From: a virus
Taxonomy: Duplodnaviria; Caudoviricetes
Length of the DNA stretch: 54,190 nucleotides
IMG/VR virus record: IMGVR_UViG_3300010370_000050
Span: 1-54,190 of that record
Direction: 5' to 3' (one strand)
Made by a program: the position numbers and the translations under genes. Positions 45,224-54,190 of the stretch are shown here, one piece after another (the first letter of the stretch is position 1; every line of letters begins with the position of its first letter). The notes under the pieces were generated by a model that had not been told where the DNA came from, did no database searches, and saw only the letters and a list, made by a program, of their open reading frames with translations.

Positions 45224-46644
45224 TGGAAGCGATCAAGTACCACCCTCCTGGTTCGGTTGCTGCCGCATTTCACAGAAGCGAGGCGTTTGTTCGTGGACTA
45301 CTAGGGCCTGTGGGCTCAGGAAAGTCCTCAACGTGCGTGATGGAGATCATCAAGCACACCTTAAAGCAAAAGCCTCACAACGGTTGGCGCAAGGCTAGAT
45401 GGTGCGTGATTAGAAATACGTACCCGGAACTGAAGTCCACCACGATCAAGACCTGGCAGGACTGGATTCCGAATCATCTAAGCCCCATTAAGTACGACGC
45501 GCCGATCTCCACGGTATTCAAGGTTCAGGACTGCGGCGATGGCAATGGGTTGGAACTCGAGGTTCTCTTTATGGCGCTCGATAAGCCAGAGGAGACGGGA
45601 AAGCTTCGCTCTCTTGAACTTACAGGAGCCTGGATCAACGAAGCCTCAGAGGTCCCCAAAGAAGTTTTCGACATGGTCACCCAGCGGGTTGGACGTTACC
45701 CCGCGAAACGAAACGGTGGCCCCACACACCCCTGTGTGATCCTGGATACGAACCCACCAGATGACGACCACTGGTACTACAAGATTGCGGAAGAAGATAA
45801 GCCTGAGGGTTGGGACTTCTTCAAACAGCCTGGTGGGCTGATAAGAACAGAGGACGGTCTCTACGTTCCAAACCCGGATGCAGAGAACATCTTCAACCTA
45901 CCGAACGGATACGGGTACTACTTCCAGCAGTTAGGCGGAAAGAAGGACGACTGGATCAATGTCTTCCTCTTAGGTCGCTACGGAACCACCGCCACTGGTA
46001 AGCCTGTTTATCCGGAGTACAACGACAATATCCACGTCGCGAAAGAAGACTTAGAGCCACTTGCCGGAGTGCCGGTGATTGTTGGCTTTGACTTTGGGTT
46101 AACCCCAAGCGCGGCGATTATTCAGTTAACCCCTAAAGGTCAGCTCCTGATTCTTGATGAGCTGATCGGTGAGGACATGGGGATTCGGCAGTTCGCCTCT
46201 GATGTGGTGAGGCCGCTGTTAATGACCAAGTACTCACGAAACAAGATCACCTCCGTTGGTGACCCTGCAGGAATGAACAGGGCGCAGACCGATGAGCGGA
46301 CTTGTTTCCAGGAACTCTATGAAGTTGGGATCGCGGCAGAACCTGCGAACACCAACGACTTTCTTCCAAGACGTGAAGCAGTTGCTTTCTACCTGACCAA
46401 GATGGCAGGTGGCGAGCCAGGGATGTTGATCTCCCCCAGTTGCAAGACCATACGCAAAGGATTCATTGGCGGCTATCGGTACGAAAGACTGAGAGTTGCA
46501 GGTGAGCGATACAAGGACAGGCCCGTGAAAGACAAGTTCTCCCATCCGCATGATGCGCTGCAGTACGCGTGTCTGGCGACAAGGGTTCATGTGCCTACTG
46601 CTCGCGCTCGTACGGTCAGCAAGAAAGCGGTGGCCTGGACATGA
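45223..46644 (+). CDS. terL: Terminase large subunit
   Basis: GPVGSGKS, WINEA, DTNPP, GFDFG, SHPHDALQY. Confidence 0.95.
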   Translation: MEAIKYHPPGSVAAAFHRSEAFVRGLLGPVGSGKSSTCVMEIIKHTLKQKPHNGWRKARWCVIRNTYPELKSTTIKTWQDWIPNHLSPIKYDAPISTVFKVQDCGDGNGLELEVLFMALDKPEETGKLRSLELTGAWINEASEVPKEVFDMVTQRVGRYPAKRNGGPTHPCVILDTNPPDDDHWYYKIAEEDKPEGWDFFKQPGGLIRTEDGLYVPNPDAENIFNLPNGYGYYFQQLGGKKDDWINVFLLGRYGTTATGKPVYPEYNDNIHVAKEDLEPLAGVPVIVGFDFGLTPSAAIIQLTPKGQLLILDELIGEDMGIRQFASDVVRPLLMTKYSRNKITSVGDPAGMNRAQTDERTCFQELYEVGIAAEPANTNDFLPRREAVAFYLTKMAGGEPGMLISPSCKTIRKGFIGGYRYERLRVAGERYKDRPVKDKFSHPHDALQYACLATRVHVPTARARTVSKKAVAWT

Positions 46645-48611
46645 TCCTTCGCGTTGTTCCTCCTGCCCAGGTTGATGTCCAAGCTGAGACACCGTATCCA
46701 GAAAACCCATTAGTGATGGATGCCCTTGCTGGGCATATCAGTTCTGCGTGGTCTCGCGCAAAGAGTGCAAAGACTGAGATTCAGGAAAGGCTGCTTAGGT
46801 GTGAGCGTCAGCGCCGTGGCATCTACGAACCAGACAAGTTGCGATTGATTCGCGAGTCTGGTGGCTCTGAGATCTACATGATGCTCACGGACGTGAAGTG
46901 CCGTGCAGCAGAGTCATGGATCAAGGACGTGTTGTTTACCGCGGGTGAAAGGCCATTTGACCTTGAGCCTTCTGAGGATCCAGTTCTCCCTCCGGAGGTG
47001 AAGCTTGGAATCATTGACCTGGTTAAGACGGAGGCTGAGGAGTTTCTACGTCAAGGGGCGGAGATTCATCCGGAAGTCTTTCGTACGCGGATGGAAGAGG
47101 TTCACGACCAAATCCGCCTCAAGCTAAAAGAGGAAGCCCGGGACGCTGCAAGGCGCATGGGTGACTTAATTGAGGATCAGCTCCACGAAGGCAACTGGCC
47201 CAAGACCCTCAAAGAATTCATCAGCGACTACACAACGTACCCAACAGCAATCGCGATTGGACCTACGGTCCGTAGAAAGAAATCGCTTAAGTGGGGTGAG
47301 AACTACCTGCCAGTGATCTCTTCTGAGTTCACCCGGGAAGTGGAGCGTTGTTCGCCTTACGATTTTTACCCTGCTCCCAACGCATCCAATGTGGATGACG
47401 GGGACATGATCGTGATGCACAGACTCTCCAGGGCAAAGCTTGAAAGCTTCCTTGGGGTGCCTGGTTGGAACGCAGACAACATCAGGACTGTCCTTGAGCG
47501 CTATCGCAATGGCTACAAGGTCATCCAACAAGGCGAGACTGAGCGCAATGACATGGAGGGTAAGCCTCATGCATCGCTCAGCTCAGACAACGAACTAGAG
47601 ACGATTCGCTTCTGGGGATCCGTACAGGGCTTCAAGCTCCTCCAGTGGGGCATGAAAGATCTCGAGGCTCATCGCGAGTATGAGATCGAGGCCTGGATGG
47701 TTGGCGCTTATGTGGTCAAGGCCGTCATGAACCCTGATCCCTTAGGTCGTCGCCCGATTCATATCGCGTCTTGGGAAGAGATCCCTGGATCCATTTGGGG
47801 CTTGGCACTTGCCGAGCAGATGCGTGATGTTCAGGACCTCTGTAACGGCGCAGCTCGAGCGATTGCCAACAACATGGGCATCGCTTCAGGACCTCAGGTA
47901 GAAGTCCAGATCGATCGCTTAGCAGATGGTGAAGATGTAACCCAGCTCTTCCCATGGAGAGTTTGGCAGACCACGACAGACAGAACCGGTGGCGGTCAAC
48001 CTGCTATCAGGTTCTTCCAGCCGCAGATGAATGTGGACGCGCTTCTTACCGTCTACATGCAGTTCTCCCGTCAGGCCGATGAAGTCACCGGCATCCCTGC
48101 TTATCTGTACTCAGGGACCACAGGTTCTGGCGCAGGACGGACCGCTTCAGGTCTTTCCATGCTGATGGACAACGCTGCTAAGGGAATCAAGCAAGCGATC
48201 TCTCAGATTGACACGATGGTCGCTGGAGTGGTCTCCAGGTTCTACATCCACAACATGATGTTCCACCCTGACCCTTACGTGAAGGGCGACTTCAAGATTG
48301 TTGCTAAGGGTGCAATGGGTCTGATTCAACGTGAGCAGCTCGCCATCCGCAGGAATGAATTCCTGGCAGCTACCGCGAACCCAGTGGATCTGCAGATTCT
48401 CGGACCAGAAGGTCGGGCTTATCTGCTCAGAGAAAACGCCAAGTCGCTTCAGATGGACACCGACAAGCTGGTCCCGTCTATCGAAATGCTCAAGTACAAG
48501 CAGGAACAGCAAGCGCAACAAGCGCAACAAATGCAACAGCTTCCTGCCCCTCAAACAACAGACCCTGCCGGTAATCCAGCCGGTGGGATGAACCTCGTAG
48601 GAGCCGCGTAA
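46641..48611 (+). CDS. Portal protein
   Basis: Follows terL; SPYDFYP; GSIWG..LA...RDVQ; TASGLSML. Confidence 0.85.
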   Translation: MILRVVPPAQVDVQAETPYPENPLVMDALAGHISSAWSRAKSAKTEIQERLLRCERQRRGIYEPDKLRLIRESGGSEIYMMLTDVKCRAAESWIKDVLFTAGERPFDLEPSEDPVLPPEVKLGIIDLVKTEAEEFLRQGAEIHPEVFRTRMEEVHDQIRLKLKEEARDAARRMGDLIEDQLHEGNWPKTLKEFISDYTTYPTAIAIGPTVRRKKSLKWGENYLPVISSEFTREVERCSPYDFYPAPNASNVDDGDMIVMHRLSRAKLESFLGVPGWNADNIRTVLERYRNGYKVIQQGETERNDMEGKPHASLSSDNELETIRFWGSVQGFKLLQWGMKDLEAHREYEIEAWMVGAYVVKAVMNPDPLGRRPIHIASWEEIPGSIWGLALAEQMRDVQDLCNGAARAIANNMGIASGPQVEVQIDRLADGEDVTQLFPWRVWQTTTDRTGGGQPAIRFFQPQMNVDALLTVYMQFSRQADEVTGIPAYLYSGTTGSGAGRTASGLSMLMDNAAKGIKQAISQIDTMVAGVVSRFYIHNMMFHPDPYVKGDFKIVAKGAMGLIQREQLAIRRNEFLAATANPVDLQILGPEGRAYLLRENAKSLQMDTDKLVPSIEMLKYKQEQQAQQAQQMQQLPAPQTTDPAGNPAGGMNLVGAA

Positions 48612-48781
48612 TGAAAGCCAAGATGATGAAGCGTCCCATGAAAGGCACTGTTCCAATGGGTTACGCCAAAGGTGGCAAGGTGTTCAAGCCTTGTGCCGAC
48701 TGCCCTACCCCTGCTGCTTGCGCAAAAGGCGGCATGTGTAAGGCCAAAGGAATGAAGAAAGGCGGCATGGTCAAGAAGTGA
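48611..48781 (+). CDS. Small basic Cys/KGG-repeat protein (56 aa)
   Basis: Read by hand: MKAKMMKRPMKGTVPMGYAKGGKVFKPCADCPTPAACAKGGMCKAKGMKKGGMVKK; coupled on both sides. Confidence 0.75.
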   Translation: MKAKMMKRPMKGTVPMGYAKGGKVFKPCADCPTPAACAKGGMCKAKGMKKGGMVKK

Positions 48782-49002
48782 GACGACCGCCGCAAAAAGT
48801 AATTTCCGCCCTTGCTTCATTGCAGGGCAACCCCAGTTTCGAGACGCTCCGTGAATGGATCGTTGAGGAACGAGAAGACCTCGTGCAGTCCTTAACCAAC
48901 ACGAAAGAGGAAACCCTCCTTCGCTGGTCTCAAGGACAGAAACAGGCTCTCGATCACCTCTACGACTACATGACCGAGGCGTCCAAATTGGCGTCCCGCT
49001 AA
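48778..49002 (+). CDS. Small conserved head-region protein
   Basis: LLRWSQGQ..AL pattern; sits between portal and scaffold. Confidence 0.7.
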   Translation: MRRPPQKVISALASLQGNPSFETLREWIVEEREDLVQSLTNTKEETLLRWSQGQKQALDHLYDYMTEASKLASR

Positions 49003-49015
49003 GGGACTTTATTAA

Positions 49016-49085
49016 CCCGAACACCGTCATGAGACACGGACGAACACCTTAATGGCTCGTCCCTGTTGGATTGCGGCTCGTGGAG
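49016..49085 (+). promoter_or_regulatory. Structured scaffold-mRNA leader
   Basis: CGAACACC at 49018 and 49041 pair in nested fashion with GGCTCG at 49075 and 49054; abuts the GGAG RBS. Confidence 0.55.
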
Positions 49086-49092
49086 ATCATTG

Positions 49093-49965
49093 ATGTCTTT
49101 ACCTCGTGCAGTAGAAGAGCAAGGCCGTAAGGCCGATGAGGCTTGGCAACAGGCCTATAACCCGCAGCAAACCCCGCCTCCGGCACCTACCCCACCAGAG
49201 CCTGTCGGCTCTCAGGAACCTCCTCCCGCTCCTCCGGAAAACGCTGAGCAGGATTCCTGGGAAAACCGCTACAAGATTCTCAGTGGCAAGTACAACGCTG
49301 AGGTTCCACGTCTCGCCTCCGAGAACCGTGATCTCAAGTCACAGCTTCGCCTGTTGGAAGACAGGATGAAGAAGCTTGAGTCTGGTGCTCCAGCAGAGCG
49401 CTACGTGAAGCCAGAGGAAGTGGAAGAGTACGGCGAGAACTTGGTGGATCTGATCCGCCGCGCCGCAAGAGAGGAAGTCGCAGCTAAGCAGTCAGAGATC
49501 GAAGCCCTTAAGGCTAAGGTTGATGGCTTCGAAGGCAAGGTGACCGCCAATGTCGAAGTGGACTTCTACAGTCGCCTCAGCGACAAAGTCTCAGACTGGC
49601 GAGTGATCAACGACGACCCAAGATTCCACACCTGGTTGAACGACTTTGACGACTACGGCAACCGCCGACAGGACATGCTGTCGATGGCCGAGTCAGAAAA
49701 GAACGCGGAAAAGGTTGCGAAGTTCTTCGACGCATTCAAGAAAAGCATCACCTCACAGGCCGCAGCCGCTAATTCAAGTCTGGAGCAACAAGTCGCTCCG
49801 GATGTCAATCGCGCTGTCGCACCGCCGAAAGGCAAGCGTCTTTGGACTAGAGCTGAGATCACTGAGTTCTACAACCAGATGCGCAGAGGTGCGATTAAAG
49901 CGAGTGACGCGGTTGCATTGGAAGCAGATATCCAAGCAGCAATCGTCGAAGGTCGCATCAGATGA
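49093..49965 (+). CDS. Capsid scaffolding protein
   Basis: Pro-rich start; RYKILSGKYNAEVPRL; C-terminal AIVEGRIR; precedes the capsid gene. Confidence 0.8.
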   Translation: MSLPRAVEEQGRKADEAWQQAYNPQQTPPPAPTPPEPVGSQEPPPAPPENAEQDSWENRYKILSGKYNAEVPRLASENRDLKSQLRLLEDRMKKLESGAPAERYVKPEEVEEYGENLVDLIRRAAREEVAAKQSEIEALKAKVDGFEGKVTANVEVDFYSRLSDKVSDWRVINDDPRFHTWLNDFDDYGNRRQDMLSMAESEKNAEKVAKFFDAFKKSITSQAAAANSSLEQQVAPDVNRAVAPPKGKRLWTRAEITEFYNQMRRGAIKASDAVALEADIQAAIVEGRIR

Positions 49966-50001
49966 TGCCCCGGCGAGAGCTGCATATGAAAGGAAACTGA
50001 A

Positions 50002-50943
50002 ATGTCTCTCGCAATTGCAGCATCCCCAGCTCTAGTAGGAAGCTACCCCGACTTCTCCTCTGGCGGAGCCGGTGGTAAGTTCATCCCCGAGGTTTGGTCT
50101 GGCAAGCTCCAGGTCAAGTTCTATGCCGCCACCGTTCTTGGTGAGATCACCAACAACGACTGGGAAGGCGAGATCAAAGACCAGGGCGACAAGGTCTATA
50201 TCCGCTCGGTTCCCACCGTTACGGTCCGGAACTACGAGAAGGGTCAGTCTCTGACCAACGAAGTGCCCACCAGCACTCCGCTCGAGCTCTTGATCGACAA
50301 GGGCAAGTACTTCTCGGTGGTTCTCGATGACGTTGACGCGATCCAGTCTGACATCAAGCAGATGGATCTCTTCAGCCAGGACGCCGCTGAGCAGGTGAAG
50401 ATCGCCACTGACACCGACGTTCTCGCCGGTATCGTTGGCGCAGCAGCAGCCGCTAACCGTGGTGCAACCGCTGGTGCAATCACCGCCGGTATCAACCTCG
50501 GCACGACGGCAACTCCTGTGTCGATCACCAAGACCAACATCCTCGATCTGATCGTGGACGCAGGTCTCGTACTTGACGAGCAGAACGTTCCTGAGTCTGG
50601 TCGTTGGATGGTGATCCCCGCTTGGGCTGCAGCTCACCTCAAGAAGTCGGACCTCAAAGATGCATCCATCACTGGCGACGGTGCTTCCGTTCTCCGTAAT
50701 GGCCGCGTCGGTCAGATCGACCGTTTCACCCTGTACGTCTCGAACCTGCTTCCGGTCGCTTCGGGCAAGTTCACGATGTACGCTGGTACCCGTGATGCGT
50801 TGACTTTCGCTTCGCAGATCACCAAGGTTGAAACGCTCCGTGCCCAGTCGACCTTTGGCGACATCATGCGTGGCCTGAACGTGTTCGGCTACAAGGTTGT
50901 CAAGCCCGAGGCCTTGGTGCAGATCGTCGGCACCCGCGGCTAA
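50002..50943 (+). CDS. Major capsid protein
   Basis: FIPEVWSGKL, EGEIK..GDKVYI, RGLNVFGYKVVKPEAL; followed by a hairpin. Confidence 0.9.
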   Translation: MSLAIAASPALVGSYPDFSSGGAGGKFIPEVWSGKLQVKFYAATVLGEITNNDWEGEIKDQGDKVYIRSVPTVTVRNYEKGQSLTNEVPTSTPLELLIDKGKYFSVVLDDVDAIQSDIKQMDLFSQDAAEQVKIATDTDVLAGIVGAAAAANRGATAGAITAGINLGTTATPVSITKTNILDLIVDAGLVLDEQNVPESGRWMVIPAWAAAHLKKSDLKDASITGDGASVLRNGRVGQIDRFTLYVSNLLPVASGKFTMYAGTRDALTFASQITKVETLRAQSTFGDIMRGLNVFGYKVVKPEALVQIVGTRG

Positions 50944-50948
50944 TGAAG

Positions 50949-50979
50949 ATGGGGTGGGCTTCGGCTCACCCTGTTTCTC
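50949..50979 (+). terminator. Hairpin/terminator after the capsid gene
   Basis: GGGTGGGC-TTCG-GCTCACCC then TGTTT. Confidence 0.65.
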
Positions 50980-51369
50980 ATGCAGCGCACAAGACTCCTT
51001 ATCAACCGCAAGACCGGGTTCGAGTACGCGTGGAATGCCACGCTTGCCCAGGATCCGGACTTCGAACCCTACGAGCCTGAACATGCCCAAAGCGTCATCG
51101 ATCAAGCGGGAGGGCGGGAAGCTCCAGTACAGGGGACACGAGTTCCCGGGCTTCAACAAGCCGATCAAAGCCCCGGAGGGCTCGACCAAAAAGAAGATAG
51201 TCCTCGCGAAGAAGGGGGACGAGGTGAAGTTGGTGAGCTTCGGACATCGTGGCTACGAAGACTTCACGCAGCACAAGGACCCAAAAAGACGCGCAAATTA
51301 TCTGGCGCGGTCAGCGGGTATCAAAGACAAGTCCGGGAATCCGACGAAGGACGACGTGTTCTCGCCTAA
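50980..51369 (+). CDS. Small head-associated protein whose C-terminus overlaps the next gene
   Basis: Plausible N-terminus RLLINRKTGFEYAWNATLAQDPDFEPYE; the rest is the alternate frame of 51083-51397. Confidence 0.5.
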   Translation: MQRTRLLINRKTGFEYAWNATLAQDPDFEPYEPEHAQSVIDQAGGREAPVQGTRVPGLQQADQSPGGLDQKEDSPREEGGRGEVGELRTSWLRRLHAAQGPKKTRKLSGAVSGYQRQVRESDEGRRVLA

Positions 51370-51397
51370 TCACTGGGCTCGCAAAACTCTCTGGTGA
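51083..51397 (+). CDS. Basic protein, DUF5754-like
   Basis: VSFGHRGYEDFTQHKDPKRRANYLARS...SPNHWARKTLW. Confidence 0.7.
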   Translation: MPKASSIKREGGKLQYRGHEFPGFNKPIKAPEGSTKKKIVLAKKGDEVKLVSFGHRGYEDFTQHKDPKRRANYLARSAGIKDKSGNPTKDDVFSPNHWARKTLW

Positions 51398-51400
51398 CCT

Positions 51401-52078
51401 ATGCCTGTAGCTGTCTCGACCATCCTCACCCAAGCTGGTGACATCCTGCAAGACGCAGGAAACGTCCGCTGGACGTCCGCTGAGCTTGTCCGGTACCTGA
51501 ATGCCGGTCGTCGTGAGATCGCGCAGCTACGCCCCGATATCTACGCTACGCACCAGCATGTCACCCTAGTTGCTGGAGCCAAGCAAACAATCCCTGCAAG
51601 TGGGCACAAGTTCATCGACGCAATCAGCAACATCGATGCGGCAACCAATACCAACAAGAACGCAGTAAGACTCATTGAGCGCGAAGTGCTGGATGCTCAA
51701 GCCCCTGGTTGGCACACTGAGACAGCCACCTCGAACATCGAGCACTTCATGTTTGACGAGCGGTACCCCAAGATTTATTACGTCTACCCACCTGCAATCG
51801 CTGGATCCAAGCTCGAGATCATCTACTCGCAGATCCCTTCGGATGTCGCAGCAGGGGATAACCTGACAGACGAAGAGCTCTACAGCTCTGCCCTAGTGGA
51901 CTACCTCTGCTATCGAGCCTTCTCCAAGGATGCTGAGGTGGCTCTGAATCTCCAACGAGCACAGGCTCACTACCTCGCATTCGCGAATTCGTTGGGCGTT
52001 GATGTGAAGAACGTCATGAAGTTCAGCCCGAATCTAGCCAATCAAGGCGGCAACGTACCTCGTACTGCCGCGGTTTAA
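51401..52078 (+). CDS. Head-tail adaptor
   Basis: ILQD..NVRW...EL..YLN; YYVYPP; ALVDYLCYRAFSKD. Confidence 0.75.
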   Translation: MPVAVSTILTQAGDILQDAGNVRWTSAELVRYLNAGRREIAQLRPDIYATHQHVTLVAGAKQTIPASGHKFIDAISNIDAATNTNKNAVRLIEREVLDAQAPGWHTETATSNIEHFMFDERYPKIYYVYPPAIAGSKLEIIYSQIPSDVAAGDNLTDEELYSSALVDYLCYRAFSKDAEVALNLQRAQAHYLAFANSLGVDVKNVMKFSPNLANQGGNVPRTAAV

Positions 52079-52081
52079 GCC

Positions 52082-52711
52082 ATGAACTACTCAGATCTCG
52101 TATCCGACATCATGCCGGAGGTCCTCGGCTGTCCGAGCGTCACGATCAAAAGAGCTGTGCGTGATTCGGTCATCGAGTTCTTCGAGCGTTCCATGGCCTA
52201 CAAGGTCGAGAACGACCCAGCAAAACTTCCCAAGAACGTTCAAGAGATCGACCTTGAACTTCCCACCAAGACCCGTCTTGTCAAAGTACTGACGGTTCGA
52301 TACGGCGGGGCTGAACTGCAGCCCGTGACCCGCGAGGACATGGACCGCCTGGGGTATGACTGGCCAACGCTGACCGGAACTCCTCAGGGCTACACCTTCG
52401 CTACGCCCACTTCAATCCGCTTAGTCCCATTCCCCTCTGATTCGACCGCTACGAAGGCCTACGTTCGCTTTGCAGTGGCTCCAACAAGGGTGAGTACCAG
52501 TCTGCCTGATGAGCTCGGTGAGCGGTACTACGAGGCGATCTGTGCTGGTGCCAAGTTCCGTCTAATGCGCATGCCAAAGATGGCGTGGACTGACGCAAAC
52601 CTGGCTGCATTCAACGGCTCCCAGTTTGAAAAAGGCATCAACAAGGCACGTCTTGATTCGGCTCACGACAACGTTCGAGCTGTGCGTCGTGTTGTCATGA
52701 GGAGAGTCTGA
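52082..52711 (+). CDS. Neck/adaptor protein
   Basis: PEVLGCP...IEFFERS; AICAGAKFRL..MP...W. Confidence 0.7.
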   Translation: MNYSDLVSDIMPEVLGCPSVTIKRAVRDSVIEFFERSMAYKVENDPAKLPKNVQEIDLELPTKTRLVKVLTVRYGGAELQPVTREDMDRLGYDWPTLTGTPQGYTFATPTSIRLVPFPSDSTATKAYVRFAVAPTRVSTSLPDELGERYYEAICAGAKFRLMRMPKMAWTDANLAAFNGSQFEKGINKARLDSAHDNVRAVRRVVMRRV

Positions 52712-53034
52712 TGTCCGACAAGATCCTTTTGGTCCAGGGTGACACCAGACCAATCCTGACCTGCACGTTGACCGACGAGACCACTGGCCTTGCGATCAAC
52801 ATCACTGGGGCTACGGTCCTTCTGAAGTTTCGTGAGGCAGGTAGCACCACCGTCAAGTCCACGATCACTGGCGCTGTGACCAATGGCGCTACCGGGACTG
52901 TTGAGTTCACCTGGTCGAACACTGCACTAGATACAGCCGGGGAATTCGAAGGCGAAGTGGAGATCACGTTCGCTTCAGGTGGGATTCAAACCGTTTACGA
53001 CAAGCTCAAGTTCAAGGTGCGTGAGCAGTTCTGA
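52711..53034 (+). CDS. BppU-N-like virion protein
   Basis: LVQGDTRP...GTVEFTW...AGEFEGEVEIT. Confidence 0.7.
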   Translation: MSDKILLVQGDTRPILTCTLTDETTGLAINITGATVLLKFREAGSTTVKSTITGAVTNGATGTVEFTWSNTALDTAGEFEGEVEITFASGGIQTVYDKLKFKVREQF

Positions 53035-54122
53035 TGAGCAATTTGCGTCTGCTCACTTCGCTGATCAAGGCCAAGCTCGAGACCTCTAGTCAAAAGCCAG
53101 TTGCCGCAGTCAGTTATGTACTGGCCAGATTAGCCACTGAGCTTCGATCGATCGGCTTTAACCCGGTCATCTCAGATCAAGTCAACACGTCTGACCAGGT
53201 CTCGTTTGAGATCGTCAAGAACCTGTTTGACACGGTTATCGCCACCGAGAACCTCCAGCTCACAGACCTTCGTGAGAACCCAACCGATGTTCTGACGTTG
53301 GTTGAAGCGGTCCAGATCGTGATGGACTGGCTGCGGACCTTCGATGATGCGGTTATCGCTGATGACCTGGCCGCGAAGTCTGTCACCAAGAACATTGCAG
53401 ACGCAGTTTCAGCGATCGATCAGTTGGTGGATGTTTCCTTAGCGAAACTCCAACAGAACGCCGATGCAGCTTCGGTGGGCGATGTCATGGCATTCGCCCT
53501 CGAGAAACTGGTCACAGACGCCGCTACGGCCTCTGACGTGCTCAGCTATGTGATGAGCTATGTCAGGAACCTTCAGGACGCTGTAGCCCCATCTGATGCC
53601 CTTAGCGTCCAGTTTGTAAAGGCGCTTTCAGATTCGGTCTCGGTGGCCGACGAGCTCTCGACCTCTGCGGAACAGCTCATCGGGAAGGATGACACGCTTG
53701 GCGTCTCGGACTCCTTTGCCCTGGCGGTAATCAAGAACCTCACGGAGTCGATCGCGACCAGCGAGACGGTAGCCTGGGACTTCATGAAGGCGCTGTCGGA
53801 AACGATCGGCACCACAGAGACCCTTGCGTATGTCTTTACCAAGGAGCTGACAGAGACCGTCACCTCGGTAGAGACCTTCGCAGTAGACATCTACAAGTAC
53901 GTTGCAGGAGCTGATGACCTAACGGTCGCGGATGCTGCAGCGTTTGATTTCACAAAGCCAGTCACCGAGTCGATCGCTCTTGCTGATGCAAGCGTGTTTG
54001 ATTTTGTGAAGGGCTTGACCGAATCCCTCACGGCGGGGGACAGCGGTCTGTTGTTCGCAACGGACTACGCCGACATTTCGTACTTTGCAGAAGACTTTGT
54101 GGGTACCTCCCGCACGTTCTAG
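53034..54122 (+). CDS. Acidic repeat-containing virion protein
   Basis: About 19-aa repeats of the form F.K.L.(D/E).V...D. Confidence 0.65.
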   Translation: MSNLRLLTSLIKAKLETSSQKPVAAVSYVLARLATELRSIGFNPVISDQVNTSDQVSFEIVKNLFDTVIATENLQLTDLRENPTDVLTLVEAVQIVMDWLRTFDDAVIADDLAAKSVTKNIADAVSAIDQLVDVSLAKLQQNADAASVGDVMAFALEKLVTDAATASDVLSYVMSYVRNLQDAVAPSDALSVQFVKALSDSVSVADELSTSAEQLIGKDDTLGVSDSFALAVIKNLTESIATSETVAWDFMKALSETIGTTETLAYVFTKELTETVTSVETFAVDIYKYVAGADDLTVADAAAFDFTKPVTESIALADASVFDFVKGLTESLTAGDSGLLFATDYADISYFAEDFVGTSRTF

Positions 54123-54131
54123 GAGAATCAA

Positions 54132-54190
54132 ATGATCTCGGATCAAATCAAAGCAGTTGGCAAACTGGTTATCACCGTTACCGGTGAAGA
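54132..54190 (+). CDS. 3'-truncated virion protein
   Basis: AGGAG RBS; MISDQIKAVGKLVITVTGE... Confidence 0.6.
   Translation, partial: MISDQIKAVGKLVITVTGE

Noticed and set aside
50032-51189. 385-aa antisense ORF over the capsid gene, and other long antisense ORFs such as 20817-21641 and 22410-23078
   Set aside because: Shadow frames expected from biased codon usage; no RBS or recognisable motifs

Overview
Near-complete, circularly permuted genome of a tailed dsDNA phage with podovirus-like virion genes and a lambdoid-style control, replication and lysis layout. The spanins imply a Gram-negative host; a Proteobacterium is inferred. Order: lectin-type receptor-binding genes (1-7051); phosphoesterase and holin/SAR-endolysin/Rz-Rz1 lysis (7099-9895); tail, J-like fibre, ejection proteins and a 2535-aa polyvalent protein (9892-26390); leftward int/xis/ssb/recombination operon (26391-30993); immunity region (31000-31356); rightward replication and nucleotide-metabolism operon (31357-38532); leftward early cluster with three copies of one promoter (38515-44000); a non-coding likely terminus (44000-44940); terminase, portal, capsid and neck genes (44939-54190). 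Most notable: (1) a small basic gene nested out of frame inside the giant protein; (2) an immunity region with operator-like sites and a terminator but only an 11-codon repressor-like remnant; (3) a cassette-like early cluster with TGT-like and Gp88-like enzymes that ends in an HTH gene; (4) three candidate structured RNAs; (5) LamG domains whose composition differs from their linkers. All family assignments come from motif recognition by eye; no searches were run.
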